A DNA stretch of 32,000 nucleotides from Photobacterium carnosum. Lineage in GTDB: Bacteria; Pseudomonadota; Gammaproteobacteria; Enterobacterales; Vibrionaceae. The notes beneath the pieces were generated by a model. That model did no database searches. It was not told where the DNA came from and saw nothing but the letters and a program-made list of their open reading frames with translations. Positions 26,501 to 32,000 of this stretch are shown here, one piece after another. Each line of letters begins with the position of its first letter. Within the stretch, counting starts at the first letter, position 1. The stretch is taken from NCBI RefSeq assembly GCF_002849605.1, contig NZ_NPIB01000002.1, positions 54,520 to 86,519 of the forward strand, written 5' to 3'. The position numbers and the translations under genes were made by a program.

Positions 26501-28106
26501 ACTGTGCTGGTTGATTGAGGTCGTCATGAGTTAATGACGTACTGTTAGTGACACCATTAAAACTCGAAGTTAGTCCAGCCGAAGATGATTTACCATAATT
26601 AGCAGGACTCGCTACTTTAGGAGAACCAACGGCTGCTGCTTCACCACCACCACCACTAGACGCACTGTTAGCAAGGTTGATTGCAGTATGCACTGAACCA
26701 TACATAATCATTAGTGATAATGCTGGCACCATTGTTTGCAATGTAGAACCCATAGCAATGAATGATTGAAGGTCCGTAAATGTGGTATTAACGCCAGCCC
26801 ATGACATAACCCCAATGTGCGTATCCTTATTAGTCATTTCGTTAAGGTATGTTTGTAAATACAGGTTAACGCCAACTTGTAACACTGGCCATGTATTCAC
26901 CCATACTAACAACAAGATGTACTTTGCAATCATACCAATACCTTTACTACCAAAAGCAGCAACAAACGGCATGATTGGACCTAACAAGTAGATTAACGCC
27001 TCAAGATAAGTCATTAACGGTACAGCCATTTCAGACCATAGAGTAAATTGAGTTGCTGAGGAAAAGTGTCGAGAGTCCATAGCCTCAAATTCGGCTTGAG
27101 AAGCAAGGCGACCAGATAGATCACTATATTGATTTTTGATCTTAGCTTGGTAATACATGTATTTAAGCATCTGATTAGATTTCATTTGCCATGCTTTTAC
27201 ACCCTGATCCGTAATCATAGCTAAGCCTCTTTCGGCATTCTTGATGTTTGGATCCATTCTGAGATTTCGAGTTTCTATATAGTCTTTAGATGTATCGTTA
27301 AAAGCATCCTCCATTGCGCCGTTTAGTTTTTTATAGGCATCACCACATCCCATAACTTCAAAGCCATGACCAAAAACTAGATTTACTGATGTTGTCCATC
27401 CGTTATAGTTCATGCCCATATATTTCCACGCGTCATTAGATATACGAGCTTGAGCCATATTAACTTCTTGAACGCGAGAACCGTTGTACTCATCCTTTAA
27501 TACGCAATCTTGCATGTAGTTCAAAAGTGATTGTCGAAGATCTGGTTCGCTTTGAGCGTTAACTAAACCATGACTTGCTCGGTAATGCGTAGTTGCTGTT
27601 GGGTCACCAGTGATCCTCATATTCATTAATGCACGTAAAGGTTCTAATCCGTTACCAACAATAGAATAATTACGTGTTGATGGATCATCATCGAGCATTG
27701 ATGAGATAGTGGATGATGTGTACTCCCCTGGTAAAACTGCAGTTTGGTAAAAGTCACGCAATGAGGTAGCTAATTCATAGCCAAGTCTAGTCGTTATCGA
27801 TGCAGACAGAGCAATGCCAAGCGGAATATTAGGTATTGGGGTTACATCTGTTTGATTGTTGCTAAACAACGTTATCGTAGTTGTATTACAGAACATAAAA
27901 TAAACGAAGAGCAAACTCGTGAAGAACTCTTTGAATTCTATCTTTCCGGGATTCCAGACGCTTTTAGCGAATATAAACAACAAACTTATAAGTAACCCAA
28001 TTTTCCCTAACGTGTAAGGCATGGATGTTTCATACATGTGCGACAGGCCGAGCATAACGACCTTTATGTAAGCCGGATCACCGACCGAATATATATTAAA
28101 TAACAT
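23556..28106 (-). CDS. traG: TraG (F-type T4SS mating-pair stabilisation / pilus assembly), unusually long at 1516 aa
   Basis: The N-terminal ~480 aa form a polytopic TraG_N-like domain (MLFNIYSVGDPAYIKVVM.., multiple TM helices). It lies directly downstream of traH. The remaining ~1000 aa are S/A/N/G/Q-rich low-complexity sequence. Confidence 0.9.
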   Translation of the reverse strand: MLFNIYSVGDPAYIKVVMLGLSHMYETSMPYTLGKIGLLISLLFIFAKSVWNPGKIEFKEFFTSLLFVYFMFCNTTTITLFSNNQTDVTPIPNIPLGIALSASITTRLGYELATSLRDFYQTAVLPGEYTSSTISSMLDDDPSTRNYSIVGNGLEPLRALMNMRITGDPTATTHYRASHGLVNAQSEPDLRQSLLNYMQDCVLKDEYNGSRVQEVNMAQARISNDAWKYMGMNYNGWTTSVNLVFGHGFEVMGCGDAYKKLNGAMEDAFNDTSKDYIETRNLRMDPNIKNAERGLAMITDQGVKAWQMKSNQMLKYMYYQAKIKNQYSDLSGRLASQAEFEAMDSRHFSSATQFTLWSEMAVPLMTYLEALIYLLGPIMPFVAAFGSKGIGMIAKYILLLVWVNTWPVLQVGVNLYLQTYLNEMTNKDTHIGVMSWAGVNTTFTDLQSFIAMGSTLQTMVPALSLMIMYGSVHTAINLANSASSGGGGEAAAVGSPKVASPANYGKSSSAGLTSSFNGVTNSTSLTHDDLNQPAQLGVKSYNMSNAATNASSDAVAGATQRLSTATRQMSTANQKMHSDVLSAMDTEAKGRDITSSMAASTASRATVGKAISNEFGLTRQQSSLMAMALHGDFGAEAKSEVAAALGGGFDFSNSQQPELDKDGKPIKDTGLKAKGGGKLSGAFGGAVGLKLTGGIRAALDSGLSKVAAARQSTSSNWQASHDKIMNSMSSDLSKISHNQQIGKTKAWGSSESNTKMASNAYSEAQSLVQTTQSMNNVAKGIGSSLAFNFASALNDRSDFGSKVANGTMESNALNNAAAATLHQTGHDKELAQAVSAAGGQYDVNTQAITGLSDDNKTKALQTALTNSGASPETVQSLKTAQQAATDLSQSGISGVNSKNMNERKNAEVRYAQRVFDGLDRNMLNGSLGAVFANYAKGNMLSELNAATGGGLKNLDEAANQFRDMGNGAAQGLMGDVGSRSGITNESLNEKKQAIGTPSSSPTDFAKPKDMGTGVNITANNTGGIRSQAIANDKAVDQDHQHQANDTAQGKAANKLSGNGDAVVKTVNDGMGDNDVKMRKAQKDIGKVYDFMGDMGMKAGNFVADDPKQSQGDQKILSQLNDPEALAAMKDPNRQTEVNDKIARGYGANATKEDKAEAARYVAMAKVISENPTAYTDSGNSSEVKTGAALNNVADSASNVINANKGQPNAEEINSAASERKENGVSSRSSSTTPGFKGQAPSYSNGFKDYRPKDDAKLQQIAVTNTAAADSGLDVTTRERFSDVVNKGGSFGFSTNTYGAENRSKEDSNALDNIIDSVSSSAERMFNTTGKGEQHNVENIGKYKEALQSVIDNPMASSEQKNNAQKGMAELVGAESELVKPTSTTLGDETVARDQNTAWKSMPLDNAIGRPESQVDNYRAGGVEREATKDTPMKVASFTDNNGNLSVPTGSFDAIMKSDGNKVQIGDDTFSIEGRHQGESSAAIALKSESGHMHTLIQKDGRPDAVSTINQDTKGHF

Positions 28107-28108
28107 AG

Positions 28109-29548
28109 TTATACCTGCGGCATAGTCATCGCTTTTTCTTCCAAAAAGGAGGTCAAGCTGGTCATTACGTTCATTTTGTCTAAATCGGCAATATTCTTAT
28201 CCCTGAAAATTTTATACTGCTCTTTAAGCCGACGTTGCCCATCCTCAAGCAATTTAATTGCATCTTCTGAGGCTTGAGGCGTACCCATTGACGCGGCTTT
28301 AATGTCAACCAACATTTGGTCTATACCCTCAATGATGACGTTGATCCCATCTTGCGCCGTAGTTCTAGCAACAATATCAGCGTACTGTGCTTGAGCTGTT
28401 GGGTTATGTGATAGTTTAAATAGCGTTGTCATAACTGGGACAGGAACGCTTTCGATGAACGTTTGTTGGGTACTGTTAAGTTTGAGCTTATGACTAATTT
28501 TATCTGCAATACCTAAATCCCCCGGACCTGAACCAAGCAATAATTTTTTAGCCAGAGGATAAGTGCCAACCCAATTTGCTTTTATGGTTCCTTCATTATT
28601 TTTAAACTTTAGACAATCGGTTGAACTAGGGACGCACTCTAATAATTTTAATGGTGTACTACCATCGGCATAAACCAACTCATTTATATTTTTAATCGTT
28701 GGGGGTATAGTCACAACATTTGGGGATTTAGCATTGGCTGCGATATTTTTGGCATCAACGATACGAACTCCTACAAGTGACATAATTAACTCTTTAACTT
28801 CTGAATCGTTTTTAAATCCAACAAACCGCCAGTTTTTTATTTTTGCGGCATCGAATAAGTTAAAAATAAGATTACCAGTCATACCTCTATCATTTGGTTT
28901 TGAAGATCCGTCTGGTTGTCTTACCGAGTTATCACTTAACATGTCTAAGAAAGAGCCCTCTTGAGGGAGTAACTGATCAGCCCAAGACGTGTGATTTGAT
29001 GCCCATCCTTCGATACCTGCAGCGTCACGAATGTTCTTTGAAATATTTTGTGAAAATGGTTGTTCCATTAGAACTTTTGAGACGTCTTGACATGATGCTT
29101 TTGCCAATCTGTTCATATCACTTACAAGTTTACTGACCCCTTGCATGATTTGTGCGCACGAAGGACAAATTGATTGTATAGCTAAATTGAATGCATAAAC
29201 GGCTGCTCCACTTGCAACATTTCTGGCAACTTGCACTAACTCTTCTCGCTTAATTAACGAAAAACTTCCACCAAACATATCAAGTCCACCACAACCGACG
29301 TTCATGCTTGGCGGGGTAAATTGAATTAACTCAGGTTCATGCAAATGAAAGCGAAGGCTCGTCATACCAAACGCATATCCATTACGTTTTTGCGTTTCGA
29401 ATGAGTGTCCCGGTGCGCTTACTGTCGTCATTTGAGAGAATACGTCCTCAAGGAAATTATCCGCGTAAGCTGTTGATGTTGTTGTAATTGTAATACAACA
29501 AGCCAACCCAATACTTATGGCAGAATTTTTTATTTTTAGTCTTTTCAT
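28109..29548 (-). CDS. traH: TraH (F-type T4SS pilus assembly protein)
   Basis: Signal peptide plus the characteristic block PPSMNVGCGGLDMFGGSFSLI...AAVYAFNLAIQSICPSCAQIM. The gene overlaps traF by 4 nt and abuts traG. Confidence 0.92.
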   Translation of the reverse strand: MKRLKIKNSAISIGLACCITITTTSTAYADNFLEDVFSQMTTVSAPGHSFETQKRNGYAFGMTSLRFHLHEPELIQFTPPSMNVGCGGLDMFGGSFSLIKREELVQVARNVASGAAVYAFNLAIQSICPSCAQIMQGVSKLVSDMNRLAKASCQDVSKVLMEQPFSQNISKNIRDAAGIEGWASNHTSWADQLLPQEGSFLDMLSDNSVRQPDGSSKPNDRGMTGNLIFNLFDAAKIKNWRFVGFKNDSEVKELIMSLVGVRIVDAKNIAANAKSPNVVTIPPTIKNINELVYADGSTPLKLLECVPSSTDCLKFKNNEGTIKANWVGTYPLAKKLLLGSGPGDLGIADKISHKLKLNSTQQTFIESVPVPVMTTLFKLSHNPTAQAQYADIVARTTAQDGINVIIEGIDQMLVDIKAASMGTPQASEDAIKLLEDGQRRLKEQYKIFRDKNIADLDKMNVMTSLTSFLEEKAMTMPQV

Positions 29549-30576
29549 TTAGCATCTCCACCAAAAGCCAACTCTCCACGTTCCTTCCCTGAGTAACGTT
29601 CTTCAAATTGTTTTTTCAGTTGTTTAGATAAATATTTAGGGTCGTTGTAAATTTTATTCTCATCTAAAGTGATTGGTTTATTCGGATCTTTAACTAATTC
29701 AATCTCACGAACATGCTGTGCCTTTTGATAATCTACTTGCGATATCCATTTTTGTTGTTTTCCTATAACTATGATGCGATTAGCTAACTCATCAAAAGAA
29801 GTCAGACCCGCAGCAACATTTATCATCTTACTGCCATCTTTGGTGACTAAGTACATGGTCGGATAAACCATAACGTGAAGCTTTTGGGTTAATTTTCCGT
29901 AGGTATCAGTAACGAAATAATCTTTCCACGGATTCCCAGGGATCATCTTTCCATCAACCGAAATAGGCAAAACCTGCAATCCTGTTTGCTGCTGTAGTTT
30001 GTACAGAATTGGAGCTTGCTGGTGGCAATATTGACAAGTTGATTTGAAGAAAAAGAAAATACCCACCTTTTTTGATATTTCTTTTAGTGCTTGGTAACTT
30101 GCCGTACGACGCTGATCACCATATTGAATCAATGCGTTCTGATGCCCCGGTCTACGTAATTCCTCATTTAGAGTCGGATCTAGTTTTGATACCTCCATTG
30201 AAACGGATGAAAACTTAGATGCCTTATCAAGCATTAATCGCTGAGCGTACATATATCGCTGAACGTTCTCATACGTTGGATAGTCAATAGCTTCATCTCT
30301 TAATCGAGGGATGTTATCTCGTAGCCACTTAACGGTGATCTGAACGTTTTTCGTAGTTGGCTTACTATTATTTTCGATAACGACATCTTTTTTGGGTTTT
30401 GGCTTTTTAGGTTTTGGCTTTGGTGCTGGTTTTTGTTCGGGTTCATACCAAAACCACCCCTGATCCTTTTTGTTATAAAACGAGTCACCATGACCGTAGG
30501 TGTTAGCTGTTGCCGTTATTGCATTACAAGTAGCCATACAAGCAATGACGGCTAATAAAACAGGTTTAATCTTCAT
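29545..30576 (-). CDS. traF: TraF/TrbB-type thioredoxin-fold periplasmic T4SS protein
   Basis: Signal peptide, the GWFWYE motif, a Pro/Lys linker (KPAPKPKPKKPKPKK) and a thioredoxin-like core that retains CQYC. Confidence 0.88.
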   Translation of the reverse strand: MKIKPVLLAVIACMATCNAITATANTYGHGDSFYNKKDQGWFWYEPEQKPAPKPKPKKPKPKKDVVIENNSKPTTKNVQITVKWLRDNIPRLRDEAIDYPTYENVQRYMYAQRLMLDKASKFSSVSMEVSKLDPTLNEELRRPGHQNALIQYGDQRRTASYQALKEISKKVGIFFFFKSTCQYCHQQAPILYKLQQQTGLQVLPISVDGKMIPGNPWKDYFVTDTYGKLTQKLHVMVYPTMYLVTKDGSKMINVAAGLTSFDELANRIIVIGKQQKWISQVDYQKAQHVREIELVKDPNKPITLDENKIYNDPKYLSKQLKKQFEERYSGKERGELAFGGDAK

Positions 30577-30665
30577 TATTTTCGCATACTGTAATCGTGA
30601 ATAATTCGAATAAGCACCTTTAATTTGGCACCATTACCATGAATTTAATGCACCGTTATTCGGAA

Positions 30666-31196
30666 TTAATCGAAAGGTAGAAATTTCTTTTCTTTATAGT
30701 TTGCCTTACTACCACCCATACAAAATGGACACGTTTTATAGTTGTATGTATAGGCATCATTATATATATGGTTCAATCCACACTTATCGCATCGGGCCGT
30801 AATAATTTCACCGTTAAATAAGGCAACAAACATCGAATGAATACGGTTAATGTCTGCTAATTCATTGTTGAAATTGATCTTGTAAAGACGAGCTACGGCA
30901 ATTAATTCATCTAGATTTACTGCTCGGTGGAAATCAATATTTTCTGGCGAACAATTGCAGTAATAATAATAAATTATATTGGCGTGTAATCTTCGGTTGC
31001 GACCAGCCGACACCCACGAAGCTCCACTCCTAAACTTAGCCTTTTTTAGTTGAAGAGATGCTTCCATTGCACAGTCAATTCTAAACAGCATTGTCAGTAA
31101 TTTTTTTGTCGCACCGAGATCGGCCATTTCGTAAATCTGACAAATACGTTTTATATGACGAGTACGTTTACCGTAGATCAACACTTTCCTGTTCAT
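30666..31196 (-). CDS. FlhC-family transcriptional activator subunit (SetC/AcaC-like)
   Basis: The C-terminal Cys4 cluster CDKC-x16-CPFC has the same C-x2-C-x16-C-x2-C spacing as the FlhC zinc site. It is adjacent to, and 1 nt overlapping with, an FlhD-like gene. It sits upstream of traFHG, as in IncA/C-type elements. Confidence 0.75.
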   Translation of the reverse strand: MNRKVLIYGKRTRHIKRICQIYEMADLGATKKLLTMLFRIDCAMEASLQLKKAKFRSGASWVSAGRNRRLHANIIYYYYCNCSPENIDFHRAVNLDELIAVARLYKINFNNELADINRIHSMFVALFNGEIITARCDKCGLNHIYNDAYTYNYKTCPFCMGGSKANYKEKKFLPFD

Positions 31197-31579
31197 TAAT
31201 TACCAGCATTTTTATTCCGCACCACTTTCGTATTCAAAGCTAATAAATGCTGAGCAGTAATAGCAACATTACTCACTCGGCTACCATTACTATCATTCTC
31301 ATCAATTGCATTAAACAAATCGATAATTGAATGAGTAGTCTTCCCATTATTACCTTTGACCCCATTAAAATTCAGCATTGGTGGTAATTGAACAAATATT
31401 GCCTCTATTACATGGATAGGAGTAGAGCTTAGCCGTAATGCTTCTTCCTTACTCAGTCTGCACATGCAAGCTACTGATATATGGTCTATTAACGCCATTT
31501 CCCTCAAGGCTAACACGTAGGTCGTTTGCGCTATCTGTAGAGCCCTGTAACTTTCATAATTTATAAACTCAATTTCCAT
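31196..31579 (-). CDS. FlhD-family activator subunit (SetD/AcaD-like)
   Basis: Small helical protein directly upstream of, and coupled to, the FlhC-like gene. The N-terminal helical region (YRALQIAQTTYVLALREMALID) resembles the FlhD dimerisation helices. The call rests mainly on context. Confidence 0.6.
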   Translation of the reverse strand: MEIEFINYESYRALQIAQTTYVLALREMALIDHISVACMCRLSKEEALRLSSTPIHVIEAIFVQLPPMLNFNGVKGNNGKTTHSIIDLFNAIDENDSNGSRVSNVAITAQHLLALNTKVVRNKNAGN

Positions 31580-31811
31580 AGTTTGAACAATAAATATTAA
31601 AAACGTAAGAGTTATTCAATGTTACTAGATTTACATCTTGATTCAATGATTTTAATTGTAAGGCAATGACATTAAAATCCTCTCTTTAGTAATGCAACTA
31701 CGAAAAAATCATTACAAACCTATTTTTTATAGTTATAGTTTACTTACGCTATCAAAAACCAACGTTAGCGACGAATAAGCAGTAAAACAAACCGATTATT
31801 GGAGATGTTAA

Positions 31812-32000
31812 ATGGGTCAAGATGTAACCTTGGGCTCAAATGAAGAATATTATGGCACCCCCTCAGTGATAGTGGATGCATTAAACACTCTTAGTAATGA
31901 GTACGAAAATATTATCTTTGAAATGGAAGGCATTGTTGATCATTACTGGATCGCTTGGCGGCAAAAAAATAATGAATTAAAAGCAATGCGTATGCGTTCG
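31812..32000 (+). CDS. hypothetical protein, 3'-truncated by window edge
   Basis: ATG at 31812 with GGAG 8 nt upstream. The frame stays open for 63 codons to the window end. It is divergent from the FlhD-like gene and is absent from the supplied track because it is incomplete. Confidence 0.4.
   Translation, partial: MGQDVTLGSNEEYYGTPSVIVDALNTLSNEYENIIFEMEGIVDHYWIAWRQKNNELKAMRMRS

Noticed and set aside
23956-26991. Six plus-strand ORFs of 61-135 aa (23956-24363, 24367-24708, 24777-25109, 25015-25200, 26782-26991) and one minus-strand out-of-frame ORF (24941-25180), all inside traG
   Set aside because: All lie entirely within the 1516-aa traG frame. They are shadow frames favoured by the GC-richer, codon-biased low-complexity region. 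None has an RBS or an independent motif.
28734-30491. ORFs 28734-28964 (+), 28894-29136 (+) and 30300-30491 (-)
   Set aside because: They are embedded in traH and traF, antisense or out of frame. The traH and traF frames carry the family motifs.

Overview
This is an AT-rich window (roughly one-third GC by eye) that reads like the backbone and accessory region of a large conjugative plasmid or ICE from a marine-type gammaproteobacterium.

The right end (23.5-31.6 kb, minus strand) holds the recognisable conjugation block. It reads FlhD-like, FlhC-like, traF, traH, then an oversized traG. This is the layout of MOBH/F-type transfer systems of the SXT/R391, IncA/C and pAQU-like lineage, whose master activators are FlhDC homologues.

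Other proteins I can name from motifs:
- a Tus homologue (replication terminus-binding protein) at 20181-21101
- a co-transcribed 'integrase-repeat' protein
- an OmpA/Pal-type lipoprotein
- a degenerate-GGDEF plus EAL c-di-GMP phosphodiesterase
- a decayed rve/DDE transposase remnant

All other ORFs are orphans to me. They include a run of small acidic proteins (1.3-3.9 kb), a four-gene cassette ending in two translationally coupled paralogues (9.2-13.4 kb), and a tightly packed six-gene operon of tiny membrane or secreted proteins (16.9-18.7 kb).

The most striking non-coding signal is a 1.7-kb gene-free island (5733-7451). It carries seven copies of a 13-bp motif, GTTAC(R)G(Y)GTCAC. Three are phased at exactly 36 bp. 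The copies fall into two opposed orientation blocks flanking a perfect 19-bp-arm hairpin. Candidate roles are an iteron origin, a centromere, or the cognate fork trap of the plasmid-borne Tus.

I saw no rRNA, tRNA or CRISPR. Functional calls beyond the named families are inference from motifs recalled from memory, and no database search was possible.
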